Shown here: piece by piece, positions 29,965 through 40,545 of the stretch | Position numbering within the stretch: position 1 is the stretch's first letter | How the letters are laid out: every line of letters begins with the position of its first letter | DNA from: an uncultured Candidatus Binatia bacterium | Lineage (GTDB): Bacteria; Desulfobacterota; Binatia; UBA9968; JAJDTQ01 | Assembly (NCBI GenBank): GCA_965215605.1 | Contig: OZ244070.1 | Coordinates: forward strand, 3,072,001 to 3,136,000 | Reading direction: 5' to 3' | DNA length: 64,000 bases | Position numbers and translations under genes: made by a program | Notes under the pieces: generated by a model | Seen by the model: only the letters and a program-made list of their open reading frames with translations | Database searches by the model: none | Told to the model about the DNA's origin: nothing

Positions 29965-30585
29965 ATGTCCGGTAAATCACTGGTAGCGGTGACAGCCCTG
30001 GCGCTGCTGCTGGCCTCCGCGGCTTTGGCGCACCGCGGCGCCACCGGCATCGTCAAGGAACGCATGGATGCCATGACCTCCATCGGCAGCGCCATGAAGG
30101 GGTTGACGGCGATGTTGCGCGGAAAGCAGGCCTACGACCCCGACCGCGTCAAGGCGTCCGCGAAGATCATCGCCGGGCACGGCGGCGAAAGCATGACCAG
30201 CCTGTTCCCGGAGGGAAGCCTGAAACATCCTTCGCGGGCGAAGCCTGCCATATGGGCCGATTGGGAACGCTTCTCCGCGCTGGCAAGGGAACTCGCCGCA
30301 TACGCCGGCGCGCTGACCTCGGCGGCGGCCAACCAACGGCTGCCCGGGCGGGGCGGCACCAAGGGTGGAGGAACGGCTGCGCGCGCGATATCAGCGGACC
30401 CCACGCCGGAAGAACTCTCAACCATGGCGCCGGACGTGGTCTTCGAGCGGTTGAGACGGACCTGTTCAGACTGTCACCGGACTTTCCGAAGAAAGAGTGA
30501 GTCGCCGCCACGGCCTGCGGAGCGGTTGGGCCGCCTCGCGCGGCTCCCGGCCGTCAGGCCAGCTTCGACCGCAGCAAATCGTTGA
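29965..30585 (+). CDS. Cytochrome c'/c556-type four-helix cytochrome
   Basis: Signal peptide, ER...M..IG, LFPEGS..AKPAIW.DWERF and C-terminal CSDCH. Confidence 0.85.
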   Translation: MSGKSLVAVTALALLLASAALAHRGATGIVKERMDAMTSIGSAMKGLTAMLRGKQAYDPDRVKASAKIIAGHGGESMTSLFPEGSLKHPSRAKPAIWADWERFSALARELAAYAGALTSAAANQRLPGRGGTKGGGTAARAISADPTPEELSTMAPDVVFERLRRTCSDCHRTFRRKSESPPRPAERLGRLARLPAVRPASTAANR

Positions 30586-32899
30586 CGAGGCGGGGGTCGG
30601 CCTTGCCGCTGGTGGACTTCATCACCTGGCCCACGAAAAAACCGAGCAGATTGGTCTTGCCGTCCCGATAGAGGGCGACGTTCTCCGGGTTGGCGGCGAT
30701 GACGGCGTCGACGACGGGCTCGAGCCGGTCCGCGTCGTCTACCTGCTGGAGTCCCAGCCGTTTGACGATGACGGCGGGCTTGCCGCCGTCCTCCAGCATG
30801 GCGGCAAAGACCTGCTTGGCGGCCTTGCCGGAAATGGTCCGGCCGTCGATGAGCGCCACCAGTTCCGCCAGCGCCGCCGGGGTCAGCGGCAACGACTCCA
30901 GAGGCTGGTCCTTCAGCGCCGGACGCAGCTCGTTGATGATCCAGTTGGCCACGGCCTTGGGGTTGTCGTGGTTTTGCACCGCATCCTCGAAGAACCGGGT
31001 GAGGCCTTCGTCCGAGGCCAGCAGGAGCGCGTCGCCGGCCGCGAGCCCGAGCCGGCCGCGGTAGTCCTCCATTCTGGCCCCTTGGGCCGGCGGCAGTTCC
31101 GCGGGGGAGGGGATCGTTCTCGCCGCCGGCGCCGCGCCCGCGGTCTTCGAAGCGGCCGGACGCCGTCGCGGCCGCCTGGGCTCGCCGGCGCCGTCCCCGC
31201 GTGTCACGATCTTCATCCAGGAGTCCCGGAGCATCACGATGCGATTGAAGACGAGCGCATCCGCACGGGCGTCCGGGTCCACGCAGAAGTATCCCCGCCG
31301 CTCGAACTGGAACCGGTCGCCGGGTCGCGCGCCGGCGACGCTCGGTTCCACGCGGCCCTTGACGGTCTCCAGGGACCTGGGGTTCAGCAGCTCCCGGTAG
31401 TCCCGCTCTGCGTCGCCCTGGGGGGCCGCCACCGAGAACAGCCGGTCGTAGAGCCGAAGCTCGGCTTCGAGGGCATGGGCGGCGGACACCCACTGAATCG
31501 TCCCCCGGACCTTCTTGCCGCTGGTGTCGGAACCGCTCCGGCTGTCGGCGTCGTAGGAACAGCGCAGCTCCGTCACCGCGCCGGTGGCGGGGTCCTTCAC
31601 CACCTTGTCGCACCGGATGATGTAGGCATGGCGCAGCCGTACCTCCCGGCCCGGCGCCAGCCGGTGGTAACCCTTGGGAGGGTTTTCGACAAAGTCCTCC
31701 CGCTCGATGTAGATCTCCCGGGAAAAGGGCAGTGCGCGCGACCCTTCCCGGGGTACGTCGTGGGGATAGTAGGGCGCCTCCAACTCCTCCACCCGGCCCT
31801 CCGGATAGTTGGTGATGATCGCTTTGAGCGGATGTTCCACCGCCAGCACCCGGGGAGCCTTCATGTTCAGGTCGTCGCGGATGAAGTATTCGAGCTGGCC
31901 CATCTCCACGGTGTTGTCGCTCTTGGCGATGCCCACGCTGTGGCAGAAGTTGCGGATGGCCTCGGGCGTGTAGCCGCGCCGCCTCAGCCCCGCCAGGGTG
32001 GGCATGCGCGGGTCGTCCCATCCCGCCACGTGCTTCTCCTCCACCAACTCCAGCAGCCGGCGCTTGCTCATGACGGTGTAGTCGAGGTTCAGCCGCGCGA
32101 ACTCGATCTGCCGGGGCTGGGAGGGAACGTCCACCTGGCCGAGAATCCAGTCGTAGAACTCGCGGTTGTTCTCGAACTCCAGGGTGCAGAGCGAGTGGGT
32201 CACCCCTTCCAGCGCGTCCGACAGCGGATGGGCGAAGTCGTACATGGGGTAGATGGGCCAAGCGTCGCCGGTGTGGTGGTGGGTGACGTGACGGATGCGG
32301 TAGATCACCGGGTCGCGCATCTTCATGTTGGGCGAGGCCATGTCGATCCTGGCGCGCAGCACGTGGGCGCCGTCGGGGAACTCGCCGTTGCGCATGCGCG
32401 TGAAGAGATCGAGGTTTTCATCCACCGAGCGGTTGCGGCAGGGGCTCTCCTGGCCCGGCTCCGTGACCGTGCCCCGGGTCTTGCGGATGTCGAGTTCGCT
32501 CAGGCTGCACACGTAGGCGCCGCCGCGCTCGATGAGCTGGACGGCGAAGCGGTAGAGTTTCTCGAAGTAGTCGGAGGCGTTGTAGAGTCCCTCGCCCCAG
32601 TCGAACCCCAGCCAGCGGATGTTGTCCTTGATGGCCTCGACGTAGAGCGTATCTTCCTTGGCCGGATCGGTGTCGTCGAAGCGCAGGTTGCAGCGGCCGC
32701 CGAACTCGCCGGCGGCGCCGAAGTTGAGGCAGATGGACTTGGCATGCCCGATGTGGAGAAAGCCGTTGGGCTCGGGCGGGAAACGCGTCACCACCCCCGA
32801 ATGCCTGCCGTTGGCCAGATCGTCCCGGATGATGGCGCGAATGAAGTCCAGGGGCGGCTCGCGCCGGGCGGTGCTGTCGGTCTTTTCCGTCGTGCTCAT
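30554..32899 (-). CDS. glnS: Glutaminyl-tRNA synthetase with C-terminal YqeY/GatB domain
   Basis: [28 protein letters not shown] and tail GFFVGQVMK...GKADP; start ATG 32899. Confidence 0.96.
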   Translation of the reverse strand: MSTTEKTDSTARREPPLDFIRAIIRDDLANGRHSGVVTRFPPEPNGFLHIGHAKSICLNFGAAGEFGGRCNLRFDDTDPAKEDTLYVEAIKDNIRWLGFDWGEGLYNASDYFEKLYRFAVQLIERGGAYVCSLSELDIRKTRGTVTEPGQESPCRNRSVDENLDLFTRMRNGEFPDGAHVLRARIDMASPNMKMRDPVIYRIRHVTHHHTGDAWPIYPMYDFAHPLSDALEGVTHSLCTLEFENNREFYDWILGQVDVPSQPRQIEFARLNLDYTVMSKRRLLELVEEKHVAGWDDPRMPTLAGLRRRGYTPEAIRNFCHSVGIAKSDNTVEMGQLEYFIRDDLNMKAPRVLAVEHPLKAIITNYPEGRVEELEAPYYPHDVPREGSRALPFSREIYIEREDFVENPPKGYHRLAPGREVRLRHAYIIRCDKVVKDPATGAVTELRCSYDADSRSGSDTSGKKVRGTIQWVSAAHALEAELRLYDRLFSVAAPQGDAERDYRELLNPRSLETVKGRVEPSVAGARPGDRFQFERRGYFCVDPDARADALVFNRIVMLRDSWMKIVTRGDGAGEPRRPRRRPAASKTAGAAPAARTIPSPAELPPAQGARMEDYRGRLGLAAGDALLLASDEGLTRFFEDAVQNHDNPKAVANWIINELRPALKDQPLESLPLTPAALAELVALIDGRTISGKAAKQVFAAMLEDGGKPAVIVKRLGLQQVDDADRLEPVVDAVIAANPENVALYRDGKTNLLGFFVGQVMKSTSGKADPRLVNDLLRSKLA

Positions 32900-33046
32900 G
32901 AGTCTGATCGGGGCCTGGAATGCAAACGATCCAGATGGGACACCAGTGTACCTGATCCCACGCCGCTCATGAAGCCGTTGCGTCTCTCCATGTCCTTCGC
33001 TTCGTCTTCGGGGTATAGACTGGCTTATCTGACAAGGAGGTGCGCG

Positions 33047-33442
33047 ATGCCGCTGCTCGACCACGTGGGGGTCAAGGTCACCGACCTCGACCGTTCCATC
33101 CGTTTTTACAGCGATCTCTTCGGTTTCGAGATGGTGGACCGCCGCATGCTCGGAAACAGCAACGTCGAGGCGGCGGCGATGCAGGTAGGCGGGAGCATCA
33201 TCTTTTTGCTGCACACGGCGTCGTTCCAGGCACACGGCCCGGAGGAGCACGGCGGCGTGGACCATTTCTGCCTGACCTTCACCGACCCGGAGTTCCAGGA
33301 GATCCTCGACCGCATCAAGGCAATGGGCGTGAAGCTCGAAGGCGGGGTGGTTCCCCGTACCGGCGCCACCGGACGCAGTGACTCACAGTACATCCTCGAT
33401 CCGGACGGCAACCAGATCGAGGTCAAGACAGGTTTGACCTGA
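33047..33442 (+). CDS. VOC/glyoxalase family protein
   Basis: [20 protein letters not shown] and DPDGNQIE; AGGAGG RBS. Confidence 0.9.
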   Translation: MPLLDHVGVKVTDLDRSIRFYSDLFGFEMVDRRMLGNSNVEAAAMQVGGSIIFLLHTASFQAHGPEEHGGVDHFCLTFTDPEFQEILDRIKAMGVKLEGGVVPRTGATGRSDSQYILDPDGNQIEVKTGLT

Positions 33443-33505
33443 CCCGCGATCCGAGAAACCTCCGGCGCTGCTGACGGTGAGGGGCTGCGGGCCGTCCGTG
33501 TCCGC

Positions 33506-34363
33506 TTACGCCTGCAGCCGGTCCTTGCCGGCCACGGTCGTGCGGCGCAAGAGCCGGCGCTCGGTGTCCGGGTAGAACGTGCGGGCGTGGATGGAGCAGA
33601 AGTTGTCCCACATCAGCAGGTCTCCCACCTCCCAGATGTGCTCGTACCGGACGCTCGGGTCCTCGGTGATATCGAACAGCTCGCCGAGGATCGCGTCGCT
33701 CTCCGCCCGCTCCATTCCCTCGATGCGCACCGACATCATGCGGTTTACGTAGAGCGCCCTGCGGCCTGTCACCGGGTGGGTGATGAAGATGGGCTGCACG
33801 TAGTAGCGGGCGCCGCTGAGGTCGATGTCGGCGTCCACCGTGTGCCGCTGGTAGTCGTAGACCTGCAGCACCTGGCATCCCTCCAGCTTCGCCTTGAGGT
33901 CCGCCGGGACATTGTCGTAGGCGGCGCACTGGTTCGTTACCATGGTATGGCCGCCCTGGGTCGCCACCTCGATGCCGTACAGGATGGTGACGTGGTCCGG
34001 TATCTCGTGGAACGCGGTGTCCTGGTGGAATCCCATCTCCCTGTCGCCGTTGGCGGAGGCGCCCGCGAGCGGCTTGCCGTCCTCCTTGATGTTGCTTACC
34101 ACCATCACCGGCGTCGTGTAGATGTCGTCGGCGGACTTCCGCAGCCGCGGCCCCACCGTGCGCTTGCCGATGTCGCCGAAGGTGGTGGTGAAGCGGTTCT
34201 GCTGCTCCACCGTCATGTTCTGCCCGCGGAAGAGCAGCGCGACGTGCTGGTAGAACTCGGCGAGAATTTCGTCCCGCACCTTCCCGTCCAGGGGCTCGCT
34301 CACGTCCAGTCCGAGAATTTCCACCCCCAGGGCCGGCGAAAGCGGTCTTGTCGTCAGGCTCAT
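33506..34363 (-). CDS. TauD/TfdA 2-oxoglutarate-dependent dioxygenase
   Basis: HQD, HPVTGRRALYVN and WDN...HAR. Confidence 0.92.
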   Translation of the reverse strand: MSLTTRPLSPALGVEILGLDVSEPLDGKVRDEILAEFYQHVALLFRGQNMTVEQQNRFTTTFGDIGKRTVGPRLRKSADDIYTTPVMVVSNIKEDGKPLAGASANGDREMGFHQDTAFHEIPDHVTILYGIEVATQGGHTMVTNQCAAYDNVPADLKAKLEGCQVLQVYDYQRHTVDADIDLSGARYYVQPIFITHPVTGRRALYVNRMMSVRIEGMERAESDAILGELFDITEDPSVRYEHIWEVGDLLMWDNFCSIHARTFYPDTERRLLRRTTVAGKDRLQA

Positions 34364-34394
34364 GGTCTTCTCCTTGTTTCCGAAACTCCCGTCC

Positions 34395-35249
34395 TCAAGC
34401 GTGGACCGGTTCCTTCCCCGCCACGGTGCAGCGTCTCAGGATGCGGCTTTCCTCGGGCGGGAAGTCCGTGCGCGCGTGGGTGGAGCAACGGTTGTCCCAC
34501 ATCAGGAGATCGCCCACGCGCCACTCGTGGTCGTAGACGAGGCGGTCGTCCTCCGCGATGTCGAACAACTGGTCGAGGATGGCATCGCTCTCGGCCTGGT
34601 CCATCCCTTCGATGCGCGCGGTCATGGTGCGGTTCACGTAAAGTGCCTTCTTGCCTGTCACCGGATGGGTGATGAAGATGGGCTGCGCGTGGCTCCGGGC
34701 GCCCGCCATGTCCACGTTGGGGTCGATGCGGTAGCGGTTGTAGTCGTACACCTGGAGGACGGTGCGGCCCTCCAGCCGGTCGCGAAGCTCCCGGGGGATA
34801 TTGTCGTAGGCCCGGTACATGTTCGAAACCCGCGTCAGCCCCCCTTCGCTGGTGACCTCGATGCCGTAGAGCATGGTGACGATGTTGGGGACCGGGTAGA
34901 AGCAGGTGTCGTGGTGGAACCACATCTCGCCGTCGCCGAAGGAGGCCGTGTTGCCCGTGGGTCCGTCGTCGCTGCGGTTGGTGACCATCATGATCGGGCT
35001 GGCGTAGGTATCCTTCGGGGATTTTACGAAACGGGCCCCCACGGTGCGTTTGCCCAACTCGCCGAAGGTCAAGGCGAAGGCCGTCTGCTCCAGCTCCGTC
35101 AGGTCCTGGCCCCGAAACAGCAGGAGGACATGCTCGTGAAACGCGTCCAGGATGGCCTCGCGGGTCTTGCCGTCCAGCGGCTCCCGCAGGTCCAGGCCCT
35201 CTATCTCCGCGCCGATGGCGGGACTGACGGGTTTGATGGTCAGGCTCAT
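34395..35249 (-). CDS. TauD/TfdA dioxygenase, tandem paralog
   Basis: HHD, HPVTGKKALYVN and WDNRCSTHAR; start ATG 35249. Confidence 0.92.
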   Translation of the reverse strand: MSLTIKPVSPAIGAEIEGLDLREPLDGKTREAILDAFHEHVLLLFRGQDLTELEQTAFALTFGELGKRTVGARFVKSPKDTYASPIMMVTNRSDDGPTGNTASFGDGEMWFHHDTCFYPVPNIVTMLYGIEVTSEGGLTRVSNMYRAYDNIPRELRDRLEGRTVLQVYDYNRYRIDPNVDMAGARSHAQPIFITHPVTGKKALYVNRTMTARIEGMDQAESDAILDQLFDIAEDDRLVYDHEWRVGDLLMWDNRCSTHARTDFPPEESRILRRCTVAGKEPVHA

Positions 35250-35340
35250 GCGCAATTCCCTCCTGTAACGGCGGGTTTGAACCCCGCGGGCGGTCACACC
35301 GGGCCGTCGGCCCACAGAGACTCTTCTGTGCTTCAGCCGG

Positions 35341-36378
35341 TCATCGCAGCTCTTCGGGGATGATCTTGCCGTCGTCGACGATCATCTCCCCGTCGAGATG
35401 GAATACGGCCCGGCGCAGGATCAGGTCCTCGTGGGCCAGCGTGGTGTTCTTCCCGCCCAGGGCGTAGTTGGCGCCGAAGGCGATCTGTACGTTGCCGTAG
35501 GTCGAGCGGGCGTCCCGGGCTCCTTCTTCGGTGCCGCGTTGAGCCACCTCCACCCAACGGGCGCGGGCGTCCGTGCCCCAGCCGATGTGCGAGATGATGA
35601 AGGCCTCGGAATCCCCCGACTGCTCCAGGTGCTCCTTGAGCAGGATGGCGTCCACGCCGCCCTCGACGCCGGTGATGAGTCCTTCCTTCACTTCGATGCG
35701 CACGGGCTCCTGTACGTAGCGGCCGAGCATCACCAGCAGATCACCGGGATCCAGCATCAGCGTGCCGTTGGCGCTGTCCTCCAGCGGCGCGCAGTAGAGG
35801 AAACCCGAGGGCCAACTGTCCCAGCGTCCGGGCACGTCGCTGATGCCGTACTGGGTGACGCCGCGCCGGCCGTCCTTGCGCATGGAGAGGTCGGTGCCGG
35901 TGCCGGTGGTAACGCGTATTTCCCCGGCCTGCTCCAGTTTCCGGGCGCCGTTCAGGGTCCGTTGCCGCACCGCATCGTCCGGGAAGCAGCGCCTGAGCTG
36001 GTCCTCGGTGCCCCGGACCTGGAGCACCCGGGTGCCGCCGGACAGCACGTCGGCGAGACGCTTGCTGTAGAGGTACAGCACGCCGCCGGTGGTGAGGTCC
36101 ACCACGAGCTGTGCCGTCTTGAGGATCTCCACCACCGGCGTCACGTCGGTGTCGCCCCCCGCGGTGTCGGGCAGCAGCGGGATCTTGATTTCGAACGCGC
36201 TGCCGGCCACTTCCTTGGCGGCGGCCAGGAACGCCGCGGCGTAGTTGGTGTTGGTCCGGGTGTCGGTGAAGATCACCACGGTCTCCTCGGACGTGGTCTT
36301 GCACAGCGTAAGCTCGCGCAACACCATGCCGTAGAGATCGCCCGCGATGGCGCCGGTGATGGGAAATCGTACCGTCAT
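35341..36378 (-). CDS. 2,5-dihydroxypyridine 5,6-dioxygenase (NicX)-like / M29 peptidase-fold protein
   Basis: PGRWD.WPSGF, SHIGWG...ARW, R..YGN....G.N and H.D metal ligands. Confidence 0.75.
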   Translation of the reverse strand: MTVRFPITGAIAGDLYGMVLRELTLCKTTSEETVVIFTDTRTNTNYAAAFLAAAKEVAGSAFEIKIPLLPDTAGGDTDVTPVVEILKTAQLVVDLTTGGVLYLYSKRLADVLSGGTRVLQVRGTEDQLRRCFPDDAVRQRTLNGARKLEQAGEIRVTTGTGTDLSMRKDGRRGVTQYGISDVPGRWDSWPSGFLYCAPLEDSANGTLMLDPGDLLVMLGRYVQEPVRIEVKEGLITGVEGGVDAILLKEHLEQSGDSEAFIISHIGWGTDARARWVEVAQRGTEEGARDARSTYGNVQIAFGANYALGGKNTTLAHEDLILRRAVFHLDGEMIVDDGKIIPEELR

Positions 36379-36448
36379 GAAGAATCAGCCATTCGGGTCG
36401 GACCGGTTGCGGGGGTCGGGAATTCTGGCGCCGTCCGCCTCCGCGTGT

Positions 36449-36470
36449 TTCCCGCGCGAGCGGGAATCCA
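36449..36470. repeat. REP-like hairpin
   Basis: TTCCCGC-GCGA-GCGGGAA-TCCA, same outer arm as the element at 2725-2773. Confidence 0.55.
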
Positions 36471-36619
36471 TGACCGCGACTCTATCCCCGCGTCCTGGCG
36501 AGTGTCAAGTTTCCGCGCTTCCCGCCGGCGTTCGCATTCTGCCGCGCTCTACCCTAAAAGGGGTGCAAGGGCCGGGCGCAACCGCGCTCCGCATCAATCG
36601 CCGGGAGGAGGAGAAGTCC

Positions 36620-37417
36620 ATGCAATGGCTTGAGAACGAAGTGGCGGTCGTGACCGGGGCCGGGTCGGGGATCGGCAAGGCCGTGGTGGCGCGTTTCGTC
36701 GAAGAAGGCGCCAAGGTGGTGGCCTTCGACCTTTCCGGAGAACGGCTGGCCGCGCTCAAGGGTGAGGTGGGCGACGGCGTGGCCGTGGTTTCCGGCGACG
36801 TGCGCAGCCTGGAGGACAACCGGCGGGCGGTGGCCGCGGCGGTGTCGGAGTTCGGCCGGCTGACCGTGTTCGTGGGCAACGCCGGCATCCACGACGCCCG
36901 GCGTCCCCTGGCGGAGCTCTCGGACGAAGAGCTGGAGCAGGGCTACGACGAGGTGCTCGGGGTCAACGTCAAGGGCTACTTCCTGGGCGCCAAGGCGGCG
37001 ATACCCGAGTTGATGAAGACCCGGGGCAACATGGTATTTACGTTGTCCACGTCGTCCTACTACGTGAGCGGCGGGACCCTCTACGTTGCCTCCAAGCACG
37101 CCGCCTTGGGCATGGTGCGCCAGTTGGCCAACGAGCTGGCGCCCACGGTCCGGGTCAACGGCGTGGCGCCGTCCGGCACCGCCACCGGCCTGCGGGCGGC
37201 GCCGTCTCTTGCCGCCGGCGCCGGCGGGGACGACGTCTTCGGCGCCCCCCGGCCGCCCGCGGGGCTCGGCAAGAACCTCCTCGAGGTCGCCGTCGTCCCC
37301 GAGGACCACGCCGCCGCCTACGTGATGCTGGCCTCGTCCCAGTCCCGCATCATGACCGGCGAGGTGATCCACACCGACGCCGGCCGCGGGGTCACGTCGG
37401 TCCTCACGCCCGCGTAG
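36620..37417 (+). CDS. SDR, cis-dihydrodiol dehydrogenase (BphB/HcaB)-like
   Basis: TGAGSGIG, VGNAGI.D, VNVKGY, YVASKHA and ELAP.VRVNGVAP; RBS before ATG 36620. Confidence 0.85.
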   Translation: MQWLENEVAVVTGAGSGIGKAVVARFVEEGAKVVAFDLSGERLAALKGEVGDGVAVVSGDVRSLEDNRRAVAAAVSEFGRLTVFVGNAGIHDARRPLAELSDEELEQGYDEVLGVNVKGYFLGAKAAIPELMKTRGNMVFTLSTSSYYVSGGTLYVASKHAALGMVRQLANELAPTVRVNGVAPSGTATGLRAAPSLAAGAGGDDVFGAPRPPAGLGKNLLEVAVVPEDHAAAYVMLASSQSRIMTGEVIHTDAGRGVTSVLTPA

Positions 37418-37420
37418 CGT

Positions 37421-37909
37421 TCACGGCTCAAAGAGTGCCGCCAGGAACGGCTCGGGCCAGGGCACGTGGAGGATGTGCTCGAACACGCCGTAGACGAAGG
37501 CCCAGGCCACGGCGGCCAGGAGGCAGGCGAGGAACCAGCTTGCGCCGTAGGTCTTGGCGTAGCTGATGACGAACAGCGGCACGGCGGTGGGGAACCCGAT
37601 GATCCGGATGGCCGCATAGAAGCCCAGGATCCAGCCCCAGATTTCGAAGTTGCCCCAGCGGCTTCCCGACTGCAAGGACGGGGCGTCGAAGTGAATACCC
37701 TCCGCTTGCGGTCCGCCGGGGCGTGAGCGCAGGTCCATGACGATCTGGACCGCGGCCAGACAGACGCCGATGCCGCCCAGGAGGAAGATGATGATGGAAG
37801 CCCGCAACTCGTCCCAGCCGTGGGCCACGCGGAGCGCCCACAGCAGCACCAGCCCGATGACCACCGCAAAGAGCGCGCCCTCGTAGTGTAACCGCCGGTC
37901 CCTGTTCAT
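37421..37909 (-). CDS. tctB: Tripartite tricarboxylate transporter small membrane subunit (TctB-like)
   Basis: 4-5 TM helices, VFEHILHVPWP; start overlaps the tctA stop. Confidence 0.8.
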   Translation of the reverse strand: MNRDRRLHYEGALFAVVIGLVLLWALRVAHGWDELRASIIIFLLGGIGVCLAAVQIVMDLRSRPGGPQAEGIHFDAPSLQSGSRWGNFEIWGWILGFYAAIRIIGFPTAVPLFVISYAKTYGASWFLACLLAAVAWAFVYGVFEHILHVPWPEPFLAALFEP

Positions 37910-39408
37910 GTCTGGCTCCCGCCGGGTCCGGCGGCGCGCTGTTGGCGCTCCTGCCGTGCCTTGAGCATGGGGTAGCAGAGTGACGCCGCCACCAGGATCA
38001 GCAGGATGATCACCGCCGGGCGCAGCAGCCATTCGAATCCGTAGCGGGTGTAGGAAAGCCACAGGTAGGTCTCCATCTTGGTGCCCAGCACCACCCCCAG
38101 CAGCAGCGGCGGCCGCGGCCAGCCGTGCCGCCGCATCATGAAGCCCAGCAGCGAGAACACCAGCAGCGCCCGCAGGTCGTTGACGCTGAAGTTGGCGGCG
38201 AAGGCGCCGATGAAGACGAACACCGCCACGAGCGGGACGATGCTGTGGAAGGGCATGAAGCATGCCCGTGCCATGGGCTTGGCGAGGAGCCCGCACAGCG
38301 CCACGGCGATGACGTTGCCGATGACCAGCGTCCAGATCACCGCGAAGGTGAGGTCGAGCTGAGTGGTCAGCATGTCCGGTCCGGGCTTGATGCCGACGGC
38401 GACGAAGGCGGTGAGGATCAATGCGGTGGAGGTGCTGCCCGGGATGCCGAAGGCCAGGGTGGGGATGTAGCCGCCGCCTTCCTTGGCGTTGTTGGACGCC
38501 TCCGGGGCGATCACTCCGCGGATGTCGCCCTTGCCGAAGCTCTCGGTGTTCCTTTCCGTCTGCACCGCGTGGGCATAGGCGAACCAGTCCGCCACCGAGC
38601 TCCCCAGGCCAGGCAGGAACCCCACCCACGCGCCGATGGCGGAGGACCGCACCATCAGCCACCAGTGGCGGAACACGTCCTTGATGCCCTCCAGAAAGCC
38701 GCTCCCCAACTCCTCATGCTCGGCGATGCTGGTCTTGCGGCTCGCCAGGTCGATGATCTCGGGTATGCCGAACAGGCCCAGGGCGACGATGATGAGGCTG
38801 ATGCCGTCCCAGAGATAGTCGTAGTCGAAGTCGAAGCGCGGCATGCCCGACTTGACGTCCATGCCGATGGTGGCGACGAGCACCCCGATGATGCCGGCGA
38901 TGATGCCCTTGACGGGGGCGTTGCCGCTCAGCACCGCCACCATGGTCAGGCCCCACAGCGTCAGCACGAAGAACTCCGGCGAGCCGAAGGTGAGCACCAG
39001 GGGCCGCAGCACCGGCAGGGAGGCCACCAGCACGAATGCCCCCACGAAGCCCCCCAGCAGCGAGGCCGCGAAGGATGCGCTCAACGCCCGGGCGGCCTGA
39101 CCCTGCTTGGCCAAGGGATAGCCGTCGAGGATGGTGGCCTGGGAGCCGGAACTGCCGGGTATGGAGATGAGGATGGAGGGGAAGGCGCTGGCGGTGTTGC
39201 CCACGGCGTCCAGGCCCACCAGCAGCGCGATGACCGGATAGGGATCCTTCATGGTCATCACGAACGGGAGCATGATGGCCAGGGTGGTGGGGCCGCCGAT
39301 CCCCGGCAGGAACCCCACCAGGCTTCCGATCAGCACTCCCAGGGCCATCATGCCCAGGGAGTGCAGAGTCAGAATGCCGAGCAGGCCGTCAACGGCGGCT
39401 TCAAGCAT
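37906..39408 (-). CDS. tctA: Tripartite tricarboxylate transporter permease
   Basis: GFLPGIG, DGYPLAKQG, APEASNNA, PTLAFGIPG and WPRPPLLLG. Confidence 0.93.
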   Translation of the reverse strand: MLEAAVDGLLGILTLHSLGMMALGVLIGSLVGFLPGIGGPTTLAIMLPFVMTMKDPYPVIALLVGLDAVGNTASAFPSILISIPGSSGSQATILDGYPLAKQGQAARALSASFAASLLGGFVGAFVLVASLPVLRPLVLTFGSPEFFVLTLWGLTMVAVLSGNAPVKGIIAGIIGVLVATIGMDVKSGMPRFDFDYDYLWDGISLIIVALGLFGIPEIIDLASRKTSIAEHEELGSGFLEGIKDVFRHWWLMVRSSAIGAWVGFLPGLGSSVADWFAYAHAVQTERNTESFGKGDIRGVIAPEASNNAKEGGGYIPTLAFGIPGSTSTALILTAFVAVGIKPGPDMLTTQLDLTFAVIWTLVIGNVIAVALCGLLAKPMARACFMPFHSIVPLVAVFVFIGAFAANFSVNDLRALLVFSLLGFMMRRHGWPRPPLLLGVVLGTKMETYLWLSYTRYGFEWLLRPAVIILLILVAASLCYPMLKARQERQQRAAGPGGSQT

Positions 39409-39414
39409 CCACTA

Positions 39415-40473
39415 CTACTTTTTCTTCTTGCCCGTGGGCAGGCCGTGCTCCTTGCGGATGTTGAAGAGGAAGTCCTTCACTTCCTGGGAAGCGTTGGTGA
39501 CTTCCAGCACCAGCTTGGCCGTGGCCGGGCCGTCTCGTGTCCTCCAGGCCTCGCCGAAGAACTTGGTGGCCTCCGTCTGGAACGCGGCGTCCTTCACCAT
39601 ATTGGCCCAGGCCCCGTGCAGCGTCTTCATGACGCTTGCCGGCGTCCCCTTGGGGGCGTGCAGAAACTTGTCCACGTCCGAGGGTCCGGCCCACACCTTG
39701 AAGGCCTGCCACGCCACGCCCGAGGGCTTCTTGTCGCCGAGCGTTTCCTCGAAGGTGGGTATGTCGGGGAAGTCCCTGCGGCGCTTGTCCGTCAGAAGCA
39801 CGAGGGGGTCCACCACGCCGTCCCTCTGGAGGTCCCGGATGAGCTTGGCGTTGCCGGTGCCCCACATCTCGATCTCGCCTTGCCGCAAGGCCAGCACCAT
39901 CTCGCCGGTGCCCGCGTAGCCGAAGATCCAGCGGTTGTTCCAGTCGAGGTACTTGGCCCCCCACACGGTCATGGCTACCCAGGTGCGGATGCCGTCCGAA
40001 TCGCCCACCACCACCGGCTTGGCCTTGGGATCGGTGAGGCGCTTGCGCGCGTCCCTGCGCACCATGAGGATGCTGCCGCCCCGCATGATGGAGCCGATGT
40101 ACGAGTACTCCCTGGGATTGAACTTGACCCGCTTGCCGCCGCGCACGTAGGTGCTGAGGGCTGACGAGGAGTCCTGCAGCAGGGTCAATCCGTCCGGCTT
40201 GGCCCGGCGCGTGTAGTAGTTGTTGACCACGGTGCCGCCGCCGCCCGGCATGTTCTGCACGATGGTCTTGGGGTTGCCGGGTATGAACTTCGGCAAGAAG
40301 CGCGAAACGAGCCGCGCGGTGGCGTCGGTGCCGCCGCCGGGACTGGAGGAGACCAGGACCGTGACGGTCTTGCCCGCGTAGTAATCGTCCGCCGCCATTG
40401 CGCCGGCGGCGCACAGCACGACTCCGGCAAGCACGGATGCGAGAACGGTCGCGCGATATCTGAAGCTGCTCAT
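39415..40473 (-). CDS. tctC: TctC/Bug-family substrate-binding protein
   Basis: Signal peptide, SPGGGTD, QNMPGGGG and PDGLT; upstream of tctA. Confidence 0.88.
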   Translation of the reverse strand: MSSFRYRATVLASVLAGVVLCAAGAMAADDYYAGKTVTVLVSSSPGGGTDATARLVSRFLPKFIPGNPKTIVQNMPGGGGTVVNNYYTRRAKPDGLTLLQDSSSALSTYVRGGKRVKFNPREYSYIGSIMRGGSILMVRRDARKRLTDPKAKPVVVGDSDGIRTWVAMTVWGAKYLDWNNRWIFGYAGTGEMVLALRQGEIEMWGTGNAKLIRDLQRDGVVDPLVLLTDKRRRDFPDIPTFEETLGDKKPSGVAWQAFKVWAGPSDVDKFLHAPKGTPASVMKTLHGAWANMVKDAAFQTEATKFFGEAWRTRDGPATAKLVLEVTNASQEVKDFLFNIRKEHGLPTGKKKK

Positions 40474-40545
40474 GGTTGTATTTCTCCTTTGCTGGCTCGC
40501 CCTGAATATTATGGTTGGTCGCGCACTGTCAAATCGGCGGAGCCG

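Noticed and set aside
30497-33046. 981-aa + strand ORF and many other long overlapping ORFs (for example 7094-8977, 44702-47047, 51495-53768)
   Set aside because: Antisense or alternate-frame shadows typical of high-GC DNA; only the terminal VOC part of the 981-aa ORF is real
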